IMG/VR virus record: IMGVR_UViG_3300014494_000005
Coordinates: 124,001 to 188,000 of that record
Length of the DNA: 64,000 nt
Direction: 5' to 3' (one strand)
The position numbers and the translations under genes were made by a program. A model generated the notes under the pieces. That model was not told the DNA's origin and made no database searches. It worked only from the letters and a program-made list of their open reading frames with translations. Of this stretch, positions 49,890 through 60,342 are shown one piece after another (the stretch's first letter is position 1; every line of letters begins with the position of its first letter).

Positions 49890-51056
49890 ATGAGTGAAGA
49901 AATAAAAAATGCAACACAAGTTGCTGAATTAGAAAAAATAGAAAAAATTAAGGTATCATTAGATAGAATAGTAAATAAAAAATCAAAATTTTTATTTTGT
50001 GTACCTGAATCTACTAATCCTGTTGCAAGTGTATATGAACTTTATTTTCATGCCACTGTAGTAAAAAATATGGGATATGAAGTAATAATTATGGTAGAAA
50101 AGGGTGATTATGTTATACCTGTTTGGATTGAAAAAGAACTTACAAATCATAAACATGTACCTATGTCAGACCCTAAACTTACTGTAGGTCCTGAAGATAT
50201 TATGATAATTCCTGAAGTATTTTCAAATGTAATGGAACAAACTAAAAATTTACCTTGTGTAAGAATAGGTCTATTACAATCGGTTGATTATATGATTAAT
50301 TCATTAATTCCGGGTACTGATTGGTCTTCATTTGGTATATATGATATCATTACCACCTCTCCAACACTTAAAGAATGGATTGATGTATTTTATGGTAAAA
50401 AATTCAATATTAAAACATATAATATTGGAATTCCTGAATATTTTGAAAGGTCAAATATTCCACAAAAGCCAATAATTTCAGTAATTGGTAGAAATGCGAA
50501 TGAAATTTCAAAATTTGTAAAATTATTTTTTTGTAAATATCCACAATATAGTTGGGTAACATTTGACCCAATGGTTACAAAAAGCAAACCACCACAACCA
50601 ATGCGTAGAGTTGACTTTGCTAAAAGATTACAAGGCAATTTTGCTGCAGTTTGGATTGATAGAATTGCAAGTTTTGGTACATTTCCTCTTGAATGTATGA
50701 AATCTGGCACAATTCCAATTTGTTTAAAACCAGATATTATGCCTGAATATATGATTGAAAGAGATGAAAATGGTACACCAATTAAAGCAGTTGAAGGTGC
50801 TGGTGTATGGACTGATAATTATTATGACCTTCCTGTATTAGCAGGTGATGTACTTGTTAAATTTTTAGATGATAATATTAGTCCTGAATTATATGATTTA
50901 ATGGAAAAAAATGCATCTAAATATAATCAAAACGATAGTGAAAAGCAATTAGTGGAAATTTATTCTAATTATATAACACAAAGAATTAATTTATTTCAGA
51001 ATGTAATACAACCAATACAAGAAACTAATATAATAGAACCACCTGCTGTATCATAA
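49890..51056 (+). CDS. Putative GT-B (GT4-like) glycosyltransferase
   Basis: IIPEVF; SFGTFPLECMKSG resembles E.FG...LEAMA.G. Confidence 0.65.
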   Translation: MSEEIKNATQVAELEKIEKIKVSLDRIVNKKSKFLFCVPESTNPVASVYELYFHATVVKNMGYEVIIMVEKGDYVIPVWIEKELTNHKHVPMSDPKLTVGPEDIMIIPEVFSNVMEQTKNLPCVRIGLLQSVDYMINSLIPGTDWSSFGIYDIITTSPTLKEWIDVFYGKKFNIKTYNIGIPEYFERSNIPQKPIISVIGRNANEISKFVKLFFCKYPQYSWVTFDPMVTKSKPPQPMRRVDFAKRLQGNFAAVWIDRIASFGTFPLECMKSGTIPICLKPDIMPEYMIERDENGTPIKAVEGAGVWTDNYYDLPVLAGDVLVKFLDDNISPELYDLMEKNASKYNQNDSEKQLVEIYSNYITQRINLFQNVIQPIQETNIIEPPAVS

Positions 51057-51087
51057 AAATAATTATAAAATTTAAATAAAAATAAAC

Positions 51088-51912
51088 ATGAACGTTTCAA
51101 TAATAATTCCAATACATGAATATAATGACCAGATTTCAAGTCTTTTAGATAAGGCAATCGAATCTATTAATAAACAAGAAAATATAACCGAATTACCTGA
51201 AGTACTTATAGTATATCCATTAAATCTTGATGGTGAAATTATTCCATTTAAAGATTCTATGCTTCGTAAGTATCAAGATAAAATTAAATTTAATTTAATA
51301 CAAAATCAAGGTAAAACTGATTATCAATCACAAGTTAATTTAGCAGTTGATGCTGTAACTACTAATTATTTTTCAGTACTTGAATTTGATGATGAATATG
51401 GTACAACATTTTTTAGAAATGTAGAAAAATATATTCAAACATATCCAGAAATTGATATTTTTCTAACCATGATGATTGAAGTTAATGAAAAAAATGAGGG
51501 TATTAAATTAACAAATGAAACTGTTTGGGCACAACAATTTGTTGGTGAAAATGGCGAAATGGGTTATTTAAATGCTAATTCATTAAAACAATATTCTGAT
51601 TTCAAATTAAGTGGCGCAGTAATTAAAAAATCTGACTTTATTAATCTCGGTAAATATAAATCTAATATTAAGTTAGCATTTATGTATGAATATTTACTTA
51701 GAGCATTAAATAACGCAAGTAAAGTATTTACAATTCCAAAAATTGGTTATAAACATCTATCAACACGTGAAGGTAGTATGTTTGATAGCTATTTAAAAAA
51801 TATGCCAGTAGATGAAAGAAAATTTTGGTTTGAAACAGCAACTAAAGAATCTAATTTTTCTAATGATAGAGTAATCGACATGTCAAGACTTCAAAAATTA
51901 ATTGTCGAATAA
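51088..51912 (+). CDS. GT2 glycosyltransferase
   Basis: VSIIIPIH, FSVLEFDDEY, IGYKH. Confidence 0.75.
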   Translation: MNVSIIIPIHEYNDQISSLLDKAIESINKQENITELPEVLIVYPLNLDGEIIPFKDSMLRKYQDKIKFNLIQNQGKTDYQSQVNLAVDAVTTNYFSVLEFDDEYGTTFFRNVEKYIQTYPEIDIFLTMMIEVNEKNEGIKLTNETVWAQQFVGENGEMGYLNANSLKQYSDFKLSGAVIKKSDFINLGKYKSNIKLAFMYEYLLRALNNASKVFTIPKIGYKHLSTREGSMFDSYLKNMPVDERKFWFETATKESNFSNDRVIDMSRLQKLIVE

Positions 51913-51941
51913 ATAATTTGATTATTTTGATTCTATGATAA

Positions 51942-52706
51942 ATGAAAGAAAATGAAAATGAATTCGAAGTTAGTGTACCATATTTTGCAGAAAAGGAAGA
52001 ACAAGCAGTTATAGATTATATAAATTCTAATTCTTTAGAAGAAAAGAATAAAATTTATAATGAAATTCTTATTGAACCTTTTAAAAAAATGATACAATCC
52101 ATATTAAGACGATATCCCATTCATATTGGTAATTACGATATGAGTGAGGTTGAATCAAATGCTCTTACACATTTAATCGAGCATATGGTAAAATTCAATC
52201 CAAATAAAATTACTAAATCGGGAAATAAAACAAAAGCATTTAGTTATTGCCAAACAATAATTAGAAATTATTATAAAGACCATAGCAAAAAAAGTTATAC
52301 TGAAAAGAAAATTAATTTATCTTTTGATGATTATATTGATGAAATTAATCAAAATGTTGAATATACCTATGAAATTGAAACAGAAAGTCAGCATCAACTT
52401 GAGAAATTAATTAATTCTGTAATATCCAAAATTGAAGATAAAATCAATAATGACCCAATAATGAAAAGAAATGAAATTATTGTTGGTGATGCAATTGTTA
52501 ATGTATTAAAAAATTGGCAAGTATTATTTATGGAAGATACTCCAGAAGGAAAATATAATAAAAGAGTTACAAATAAATTTGCTAAAAATAAAATTTTATT
52601 ATATTTAAAAGAACAAACAGGATTATCCACAAAAGAAATAAGAATAGGCATTAAACCATTTAAAGAAATATATTTTTTACAAAAAACAGATTTTTTGGAT
52701 GATTAA
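51942..52706 (+). CDS. Phage sigma factor (T4 gp55-like)
   Basis: YF..EEQAV..Y; KFNP..KAFSYCQTIIRNY region-2-like motif. Confidence 0.6.
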   Translation: MKENENEFEVSVPYFAEKEEQAVIDYINSNSLEEKNKIYNEILIEPFKKMIQSILRRYPIHIGNYDMSEVESNALTHLIEHMVKFNPNKITKSGNKTKAFSYCQTIIRNYYKDHSKKSYTEKKINLSFDDYIDEINQNVEYTYEIETESQHQLEKLINSVISKIEDKINNDPIMKRNEIIVGDAIVNVLKNWQVLFMEDTPEGKYNKRVTNKFAKNKILLYLKEQTGLSTKEIRIGIKPFKEIYFLQKTDFLDD

Positions 52707-53193
52707 AATTTATCAAACAATAATTGATAAAAGTCATGGTAATTGTATGCAAGCAGCAATTGCCAGTTTACTTGAATTATCTCTCGAAGAAGTACCAAAT
52801 TTTAATACATTAGGACACGAATGGTTTAATACGTTTTATCATTTTTTACATAAATATGGATATAATTATGATGGTGGTCTTTATAATAATAATCAATATA
52901 GAACAATAAATAAAAGAGAAGGAATACCAACTGTTAAATTACGAACCGAATTTTATAGATTAAAAAATATGGAAGGAGTTAAAGGATATTTCTATGCAAG
53001 TGTATATTCACCTAAATATTATAATCCAAATGATAAACCACCCACAACACATGCAGTTATTATTGATAAAAATTTAAATATTGTACATGACGTTAATCTT
53101 GAAAATATAAATATTATAAATTATCCAGAAAGTAAAAAACTTAAATATAATGGAATTCTTGATATTTTTATGATAAATCCACTTTCTAATTAA
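52699..53193 (+). CDS. Hypothetical protein (possible Cys/His peptidase-like fold)
   Basis: GNCMQAAIASLLEL..EVPNF ... THAVI ... VHD. Confidence 0.55.
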   Translation: MIKIYQTIIDKSHGNCMQAAIASLLELSLEEVPNFNTLGHEWFNTFYHFLHKYGYNYDGGLYNNNQYRTINKREGIPTVKLRTEFYRLKNMEGVKGYFYASVYSPKYYNPNDKPPTTHAVIIDKNLNIVHDVNLENINIINYPESKKLKYNGILDIFMINPLSN

Positions 53194-53225
53194 TGTGTAT
53201 TTATATGTACTAAAACTATAAAATT

Positions 53226-53618
53226 ATGCCAAGACCAACTCGTAAACAATTAAAATTTGATGAAGAAAGCGTAAATAAATTACTTCAAGAAATTTATGAC
53301 GAATCTCATAACATAAAAGCAAAAATTACTAGACTTTTTACAAAATGGGAAACTAAAGTAAAAGAAAGTGGCGAAGTTCAAGCTATTGGTGACCAAATTG
53401 TAAAATTAATTGCTGCTGAAGCTAAAAACCAAGACCAAAAAATCATGTTACTTCGTTATTTAAAAGAAGTTGTTTTTGATAATAAGGTTGGTGGTTTTAA
53501 TAATAATTATAAAAGCAATAGAGAAGAAGAAAAGAGTGAAGTAACTACTGACAGAAGAAACGAATTACTTAAATTCGTTGCCGATGAATTGGAGAAAAAA
53601 GAAAATAAAAAAAAATAA
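53226..53618 (+). CDS. Hypothetical protein
   Basis: 130 aa; GTATTTAT at 53197-204 upstream. Confidence 0.7.
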   Translation: MPRPTRKQLKFDEESVNKLLQEIYDESHNIKAKITRLFTKWETKVKESGEVQAIGDQIVKLIAAEAKNQDQKIMLLRYLKEVVFDNKVGGFNNNYKSNREEEKSEVTTDRRNELLKFVADELEKKENKKK

Positions 53619-53624
53619 CGAATA

Positions 53625-54950
53625 ATGAGTTTATCTGATAACAAAAGAGGTGTTTTTACCACTATTGGTGCATATACTTCATTAAATCAACAACAAAAAA
53701 CACCAAGGTCAACTGATTTATATCCATCTGTTAATAATAAAAAAGATATAATTCCGTTTTTACTTGATGTATTAAAAACTGTTGCTGGTAGTGAAGCGTT
53801 AAAATTAGTGGTGGGACAAATGCTTACAAAAGTTGTTGGTAATTCAGAACCAAAATTAAAAACAGCACTAAAAAAACAATTTATACATTCAAATTCTGGG
53901 GATGCATTACCATCAACATATGCATCAGACGGTGTTATAATGCCAGTAAAAAATGTTGATACCACAGGTAAATATAAAGTTGATAAAAATTCAAGTGAAG
54001 GTAGTTTATTATATAATACTTCTACTCCAAATTTTGATAGTTCAGCACATGATGCTATTTTAAATTCTGGTACTGATACTCCATATAATAATATGACAAT
54101 TAATTATAATGCAACATCAGATAGTTTTAATATAAAACCCCATAATAGTAGTAGTTCAAATATTGGTGATTATTTTAGTAATTATATTGATAATGCGCAA
54201 ATACTTGACCAGAAAGAAATTGTAAGTAATACTATGGATAGTATTTATGGTACACTTACAAATAAACGAAATAAAACAATACAACAAACATACGATGAAT
54301 TACAAATTCAAAAAATGTTGGAACAATTATTAAATGATGATGATTCATTTACAATTTCACCAAGTGATTATGCAGATTTACTTCAAAAAGCACGTGAAAT
54401 GGTTGATGGTGTTGTAAATTATGATATGGGTTGTGGTATTATGCCAGCACAATTATCGTATGATGATTTTAAAAATTTAGTTTCATCAATATCTGGGTCA
54501 ACTGACCCATTTGCAGTTGGTAATGCCGTAGAAGCAACAATTGACCAAAGTAATAATACAGAAACATCTACAGAAAATAAACAAACAATAAAAGATGGAT
54601 TTTTTCAAAAAATAATTGGTGCAATTACAATGGCAATGTTATTAGCTGTAACTACTGCACCACAAATTAGAGTATTATTGGGTGTAATGAGTGCTTTTGA
54701 AAATAATGGAGTTGTATTAATTAGCAATCCAAAGGATGATATGAAAAAATTTAAGATTTGTATTAAATGTATTGCAAAAGAAATAATAAAAATAGTTGCA
54801 GAATTTATTTTTGCATTAGCAATTTTATATCTAATAAAATTATTAACACCAGTAATAAAAAAAGTAATTAAAGAAAAAATAAATCAATATATTAATATAA
54901 TTTTAAGTTTAACTGGTACAAGTAATATTGCATCAAGTTTAACAGGATAA
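53625..54950 (+). CDS. Hypothetical protein, probably structural
   Basis: 441 aa; hydrophobic C-terminal helices; in baseplate operon. Confidence 0.6.
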   Translation: MSLSDNKRGVFTTIGAYTSLNQQQKTPRSTDLYPSVNNKKDIIPFLLDVLKTVAGSEALKLVVGQMLTKVVGNSEPKLKTALKKQFIHSNSGDALPSTYASDGVIMPVKNVDTTGKYKVDKNSSEGSLLYNTSTPNFDSSAHDAILNSGTDTPYNNMTINYNATSDSFNIKPHNSSSSNIGDYFSNYIDNAQILDQKEIVSNTMDSIYGTLTNKRNKTIQQTYDELQIQKMLEQLLNDDDSFTISPSDYADLLQKAREMVDGVVNYDMGCGIMPAQLSYDDFKNLVSSISGSTDPFAVGNAVEATIDQSNNTETSTENKQTIKDGFFQKIIGAITMAMLLAVTTAPQIRVLLGVMSAFENNGVVLISNPKDDMKKFKICIKCIAKEIIKIVAEFIFALAILYLIKLLTPVIKKVIKEKINQYINIILSLTGTSNIASSLTG

Positions 54951-54966
54951 ATTTTAAATAAATAAT

Positions 54967-55146
54967 ATGATAGTAGACCAAAAATTAAACAAACAGTTTG
55001 TGGGCGTTTATCTCATTGATAATGGTGATATAGAAGGCACACAACTCGCAACAACTGTAAAACCAAATTGGTTCAGGATACTGATGACCAAATGGTTTTT
55101 GGGTTGGAAATGGATTAGTATTAAAGAACTAAAGGCAAATAAGTAA
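54967..55146 (+). CDS. Small hypothetical protein (59 aa)
   Basis: MIVDQKLNKQFVGVYLID...KPNWFRILMTKWFLGWKW; fills the gap exactly; below ORF-track cutoff. Confidence 0.6.
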   Translation: MIVDQKLNKQFVGVYLIDNGDIEGTQLATTVKPNWFRILMTKWFLGWKWISIKELKANK

Positions 55147-55147
55147 C

Positions 55148-55555
55148 ATGGCAATTGATTATAGTAGTATTAATGCAATTATTGGGGGATTTAATAAAGT
55201 ATTAAGTCTTTCATCTCTTGGTGGACCGCCACCTATTCCAACACCAATGATATTAATTGGTGTTCCATTACGTCCCGGTCTATCACCAACTAAAATTGCA
55301 TCACGTATTATTGCCAGAAAAAGTGAAGCGGGATTACCTGTTGGTGTTTTACCTTCAGGTGGTGTTAATCCTGATGAAATTATGGAAAGAATTCGAATTG
55401 AAGAAATAATCAAAGCATTTCAACAGGATGCTGTTATTACTGTAGCAGTTCCACCCGGAATAACTCTCACAGGAACAGGCACTTCACCATCAGGACCTGT
55501 TTCTGTGTATGGTTCAACAATAATAATAATGACTGCATTTGGAGTAATACAATAA
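55148..55555 (+). CDS. Hypothetical baseplate-associated protein
   Basis: 135 aa; RPGLSP..IASRII, PPGITLTGTG...GPV. Confidence 0.6.
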   Translation: MAIDYSSINAIIGGFNKVLSLSSLGGPPPIPTPMILIGVPLRPGLSPTKIASRIIARKSEAGLPVGVLPSGGVNPDEIMERIRIEEIIKAFQQDAVITVAVPPGITLTGTGTSPSGPVSVYGSTIIIMTAFGVIQ

Positions 55556-55560
55556 ATAAC

Positions 55561-55728
55561 ATGAAAGTACAAACTAATTATGAACCCAAAAGAAAAGATA
55601 GATTTGCAATTAAATTTAATGACATTAATATTGAACCATTTGTGGTACAAAATATAATATTACCAAAATTAATTAATAATAAATGGAAGATTATAGCAAA
55701 TATACGCCAATTGAATTACTTAAAATAG
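55561..55728 (+). pseudogene. Truncated tail-tube paralog fragment
   Basis: YEPKRKDRF.....IEPFVVQ...LPKL matches tube N-terminus YEPKRVNRF...LEVWQVQ..RPSL. Confidence 0.55.
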
Positions 55729-55886
55729 GTAATGATATTAAAACAAAACATGATGCTTTAAAGCAAGAAATTGTTGATTATAGTTTTCAAATAGAAGAGC
55801 TTGAAAAATTAATCAATGAAAAACTTGTATTATTAGATGAACTTGAAAAAAATTATGTTGTGATAATTGAAAAAATAACAATATAA
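55683..55886 (+). CDS. Small coiled-coil hypothetical protein
   Basis: 67 aa. Confidence 0.6.
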   Translation: MEDYSKYTPIELLKIGNDIKTKHDALKQEIVDYSFQIEELEKLINEKLVLLDELEKNYVVIIEKITI

Positions 55887-55888
55887 AT

Positions 55889-56809
55889 ATGTCATATAAT
55901 AAACCATATATACAAACAAGTAATCCTAACAAACAACAGCAACCCACAATTACTCCACAAAGAACAATATACTATGGTGAAGTTATGAGTATTGATGATG
56001 ATGCTGATGGTGGTAGAATTAAAGTAAAAATACCAGATTTAGATAATCGTACAACAGATATTAATGATTTACCTTGGTGTTATCCATTAATACCCAGATT
56101 TATTTATCAGTATCCTCAAATTGGCGAATTAGTTAGAGTATTTCTTGAAGATATTAAATTTCCAATGAGAAGTCGATTTTGGACAGGTAGTATCATATCT
56201 CAAATACATAAAATAGGGTTTGATTCTAAATTTACCGCAACATCTACAACAAATTATGCATTAGTTAATCCAGAAAAAGCAGCATCAACATATCCTGATG
56301 CTGATGGCGTATTTCCAATAAAAACTGATATTGCAATTATTGGTAGAATTAATACTGATGTAATATTAAGAATAAATGAAGTACATATTAGAGCAGGTAA
56401 ACATGAAAATGATAACATATTAAAATTAAATACAAAAAATCCTGCTGAAATTAGTTTAGTTTTTGAACCAATAAATAATACAACAACTGCTACTATAAAT
56501 AATACATCAACTTGTTATTATAGTAATACTATAATTACAAGTGATAAAATTGCAATAATTTCACATACTGGAAATCCACAATTTAAAGCAGCAAGACTAA
56601 CTTCTGATGATAGAACAAGAATATTTAATGAAGGACATCCACTTGGAAGAGGGGATATTATTGTCGAAGCATTAAACGTTTTTAGAGATGCAATAATTAA
56701 TCATATACATGGATATTCAGTACTTCCTGCCGATAAATCAGCTATCATCAATAAATTAGAACAATTACAATTAGACCTAATATTACAAAAAAATATTGTA
56801 ATTAATTAA
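55889..56809 (+). CDS. Baseplate spike protein (gp5/gpV N-terminal OB fold)
   Basis: GEVMSIDD...GRIKVKIP..LPWCYPL..PQIGELV.VF; C-terminal HIH. Confidence 0.8.
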   Translation: MSYNKPYIQTSNPNKQQQPTITPQRTIYYGEVMSIDDDADGGRIKVKIPDLDNRTTDINDLPWCYPLIPRFIYQYPQIGELVRVFLEDIKFPMRSRFWTGSIISQIHKIGFDSKFTATSTTNYALVNPEKAASTYPDADGVFPIKTDIAIIGRINTDVILRINEVHIRAGKHENDNILKLNTKNPAEISLVFEPINNTTTATINNTSTCYYSNTIITSDKIAIISHTGNPQFKAARLTSDDRTRIFNEGHPLGRGDIIVEALNVFRDAIINHIHGYSVLPADKSAIINKLEQLQLDLILQKNIVIN

Positions 56810-56831
56810 TTAATTTATACCTTTACAATCT

Positions 56832-57656
56832 ATGAATATTCAAATACCTAATGAATTATTTACATCATTTAATGATATTACATTTTATGATGAACCACAT
56901 AAATATTATATTGATGGTAAAGAATTAATATCTGTAACTACTTTAATTCATAAATATCAAGAAGATTTTGATGAAGAATTTTGGTCTGATTGTAAAGGTA
57001 ATGAATTTAATATAAGTCCCGAAATAATTAAAAGAGCATGGAATTTTATAAATAAAAAAGGTACTATTAAAGGTTCTGCAATACATGATTATGCTGAAAA
57101 TCTATTTCAAAATAAAATATTCGAATATCCAAAACAATTAATTTTAAATGAATTTGGTTTTGACCCTGTATTAAGTGAATATTTAATAACAAAAAAACAT
57201 GTTGATAAATTTTATAATGATGTACATAATAAATTAATACCAATTCGAACTGAAATGATTGTATATGATAAAGAATCATTGATTGGTGGAATGCTTGATA
57301 TTTTATTTTATAATATTAAAATGGGAGTGTTCCAAATTTATGATTGGAAAACAAATAAAAAATTTAGTAAAGAAAATAAAGGAAGACATTTACTTAATGA
57401 ATTATATTTATTAGAAGATTGTGATTTAGAAACATATTCATTACAACTTGGTTTATATAAATATATTATTGAAAAAATTACTGGTGTTAAACTTGGTAAA
57501 TCATATATTGTTTGGTTTTCACATAATAATGATTCATATGAATTAATTGAAGCTAAAGATAGGTCATATTATGTTAATCTAATTATGAATAATAGAATTG
57601 CTGAATTATCTACATTAAAAAAGCCACAATTAAGTGGCTTTTTAATACTTAACTAA
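56832..57656 (+). CDS. PD-(D/E)xK exonuclease (RecB/Cas4-like)
   Basis: HKYY..SVTT, GSAIH, E..GGMLD..IYDWKT, YSLQLGLY. Confidence 0.85.
   Translation: MNIQIPNELFTSFNDITFYDEPHKYYIDGKELISVTTLIHKYQEDFDEEFWSDCKGNEFNISPEIIKRAWNFINKKGTIKGSAIHDYAENLFQNKIFEYPKQLILNEFGFDPVLSEYLITKKHVDKFYNDVHNKLIPIRTEMIVYDKESLIGGMLDILFYNIKMGVFQIYDWKTNKKFSKENKGRHLLNELYLLEDCDLETYSLQLGLYKYIIEKITGVKLGKSYIVWFSHNNDSYELIEAKDRSYYVNLIMNNRIAELSTLKKPQLSGFLILN
57614..57646. terminator. Bidirectional terminator
   Basis: aaaaagccac/gtggcttttt between convergent genes. Confidence 0.75.
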
Positions 57657-57660
57657 TTGA

Positions 57661-58152
57661 TTATAAATTAAGTATACATCTCCAAGGTTGAATTTCTAAA
57701 ACCACGTTTGTTAATTCATCACTACTATAATCATTATCCATAAAATCAATTGATGTAATCATACATTGTTCAAGTGTCCATTTTTCAATTTCAACGCCAG
57801 TTGGGTCTAATGCCTTTAAATAAATATCTTTTTTATATCCTGCAGCATAACCCATACGACCTGTAAGTGATTCAGCGTGTAAACGAACCCATTCCATAAG
57901 AATTTGTGAAGTAGAAGGACCGATTGGGTCAATAAATGTAATTGACATTGTATCCCATGTATATCTACCAGCTACATAGTTTTGTTCATTCATATATTGA
58001 ATTGGAACACTATTGATTTTTAATGAAGGTCTTTTGAACTTTTGTACTTGCCATACTTCAAGTCCGATTGTATCTGAGAATTCCGCAAAGAACCTATTAA
58101 CTCTTTTTGGTTCGTATTTAAACGGAATCGTTCTTATCATTTCTCCTGCCAT
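57661..58152 (-). CDS. Tail tube protein (T4 gp19-like)
   Basis: EPKRVNRF, GRYTWDTMSITF.D, W....TG..GY...YKK, LDP.G..IEKWTL. Confidence 0.85.
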   Translation of the reverse strand: MAGEMIRTIPFKYEPKRVNRFFAEFSDTIGLEVWQVQKFKRPSLKINSVPIQYMNEQNYVAGRYTWDTMSITFIDPIGPSTSQILMEWVRLHAESLTGRMGYAAGYKKDIYLKALDPTGVEIEKWTLEQCMITSIDFMDNDYSSDELTNVVLEIQPWRCILNL

Positions 58153-58226
58153 AGTATTTATATTTATAATTTACGTTAATATTATTATTTTTAAAATTAT
58201 CTTTACATAATTTAATTATAAATACT

Positions 58227-59891
58227 ATGATTGAGAAAAATATATCAAAATCGGAATTAATTAATTATTTTTTAAATAATAATGGTTCGGGATATAAAAC
58301 AAAAGAAAAACACATATTAATTAAATTTATTGGTTTGATTGATTTAATTAACAATTATCATGATAATTTTTTTAAAACAAATGATTTTCCATTTACACAA
58401 AAATTATATAATTATTTATATAATATAATTGAAATTCCTAAATGTAATAATTGCGGAATACATATTAAATGGAGAGGTATATTTAGTGAAGGTTATTTAA
58501 CATATTGTTCAAAACAATGTAAAAATTCTAGTAAAATTAGAATTGAAAAAGCAAAAAAAACCTGTTTGAAAAAATATGGTGTTGATTCACCATTAAAATT
58601 CAATATCTTTAAAAAGAAAAGAAGTGATACTATTCTAAATAAATATAATATTAGTAATATCTTTGAACATCCAGATATTAAAGAAAAAACAAAACAAACA
58701 AATTTATTGAAATATGGGAAAGAATTTGCAATCCAATCAGAAATAATAAAAAATAAAAGAAAAGATAATAATTTCCTTAAATATGGTGTAGAAAATCCAT
58801 TATCATTAACCATAAATAAACAAAAAAAATCTAAACTGAATAAAGATTATTTTGAAAAAAAAATAAAACAAAGAAATTATATTGTTTTAAATTATTTGGA
58901 AAATGATATTATTGTAATAAAACATCCAGATGGTCACATTTTTGAAACACCCAGACATATTGCTAATAATAGATTTAATACAAACGCAGAATTGTCAACA
59001 AAATTACTTCCATTGGGTGGTAGTATCTCAACTGGTGAAATTGAAATTAGAGAATTTTTAAAAACCCTAAATATAAATTATATTACTGGTAATAGAAGTA
59101 TATTGTTTGGTAATGAAATTGATATATATTTACCAGATAATAAATTGGGTATTGAGTTCGATGGACTTTATTGGCATTCAAATTTATTTAAAGATAAAAA
59201 TTATCATCTCAATAAAACTGAAGAATGTGAACAACTAGGCATACAATTGCTTCATATCTTTGAAGATGAATGGATATACAAAAAAGAAATTGTCAAGTCA
59301 ATTATTAAATCTAAATTAGGTATAGTTGAAAATAAAGTTTTTGCAAGAAAATGTGTTATCAAAAAAATTGATAATATAACTTGTTCTAATTTCTTAAATA
59401 ACAATCACATACAAGGTAATATTAATTCTAAGGTTAAAATTGGTTTGTTTTATAATAATGATTTAGTGTCGGTTATAACTTTTGGTAAAAAACGTATTGC
59501 AATGGGTAATAAAACCAATATTGAAGGTGAATATGAGATGTACAGATTTTGTAATAAACTTAATACAAGTGTTATTGGTGGGGCAAGTAAGTTATTAAGT
59601 TATTTTACAAAAAATTATAAACCTAAGTCAATTTTAACATTTGCAGACAGAAGATATAGTCAAGGTAATTTATATAAACAATTAGGATTTAATTATATAA
59701 AAAATACTGAACCTAACTATTGGTATTTCAAAAAAAATGAAATAATTAGATATTATCGTTTTAAATTTAGAAAAGATGTTTTGGTTAAACAAGGTTTTGA
59801 TAAAAATAAAACAGAAAAGGAAATAATGCAAGAAAATCAATATAATTATATATATGATTGTGGTAACATGAAATATATGTTAATTTATTAA
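58227..59891 (+). CDS. Putative homing endonuclease (Vsr-like nuclease + conserved C-terminal domain)
   Basis: KYGV repeats; EIDIYLP..IEFDGLYWHS..HIFEDEW; ARKC..NHIQG..RFCNKL..GGASKL; paralog of 60343..61941. Confidence 0.75.
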   Translation: MIEKNISKSELINYFLNNNGSGYKTKEKHILIKFIGLIDLINNYHDNFFKTNDFPFTQKLYNYLYNIIEIPKCNNCGIHIKWRGIFSEGYLTYCSKQCKNSSKIRIEKAKKTCLKKYGVDSPLKFNIFKKKRSDTILNKYNISNIFEHPDIKEKTKQTNLLKYGKEFAIQSEIIKNKRKDNNFLKYGVENPLSLTINKQKKSKLNKDYFEKKIKQRNYIVLNYLENDIIVIKHPDGHIFETPRHIANNRFNTNAELSTKLLPLGGSISTGEIEIREFLKTLNINYITGNRSILFGNEIDIYLPDNKLGIEFDGLYWHSNLFKDKNYHLNKTEECEQLGIQLLHIFEDEWIYKKEIVKSIIKSKLGIVENKVFARKCVIKKIDNITCSNFLNNNHIQGNINSKVKIGLFYNNDLVSVITFGKKRIAMGNKTNIEGEYEMYRFCNKLNTSVIGGASKLLSYFTKNYKPKSILTFADRRYSQGNLYKQLGFNYIKNTEPNYWYFKKNEIIRYYRFKFRKDVLVKQGFDKNKTEKEIMQENQYNYIYDCGNMKYMLIY

Positions 59892-59898
59892 TTTTATA

Positions 59899-60246
59899 TT
59901 ATTCAGGTAATCTACCAGTTCTTTGATACATTCTAAATTCATCCTTACCAAGACTTTCAATAGTTCTTTTTGGTTTTATTGCAACATCAATTTTTATTTT
60001 AATTGGTTCATTAACTAATTCAATTTTTGGTAATTCATTAATTGCTACTTGTTCATCTGAAAGATTATTATTCTCAATAATTATTTCTTGTGGTATATCT
60101 AAAAGAATTTCTGGTTGTACTTCAGATTTTTCTTCAACAATTGGTTTATTATCAACTTCTTCTATTTCAATTATTTCTTGTTTTTTAGTTTTTTCTATGG
60201 ATTGTTCAATTTTATTGATTTTATCCCTTTTACTTTTTTTTGTCAT
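59899..60246 (-). CDS. Hypothetical protein
   Basis: 115 aa; GTATTTAT at 60278-85 upstream. Confidence 0.6.
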   Translation of the reverse strand: MTKKSKRDKINKIEQSIEKTKKQEIIEIEEVDNKPIVEEKSEVQPEILLDIPQEIIIENNNLSDEQVAINELPKIELVNEPIKIKIDVAIKPKRTIESLGKDEFRMYQRTGRLPE

Positions 60247-60295
60247 TATTTCTTATTTAAAATTATGTTATTTTTATATAAATACTTGAAAATGA

Positions 60296-60324
60296 AAAAG
60301 ACCCACTAAATAAGTGAGTCTTTT
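60296..60324 (-). terminator. Intrinsic terminator
   Basis: aaaagacccact/agtgagtctttt. Confidence 0.65.
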
Positions 60325-60342
60325 CAATTTATAATTTATAAA

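Noticed and set aside
56832-57656. Cas4 of a CRISPR system
   Set aside because: No Fe-S cysteine set, no array or other cas genes; common stand-alone phage exonuclease
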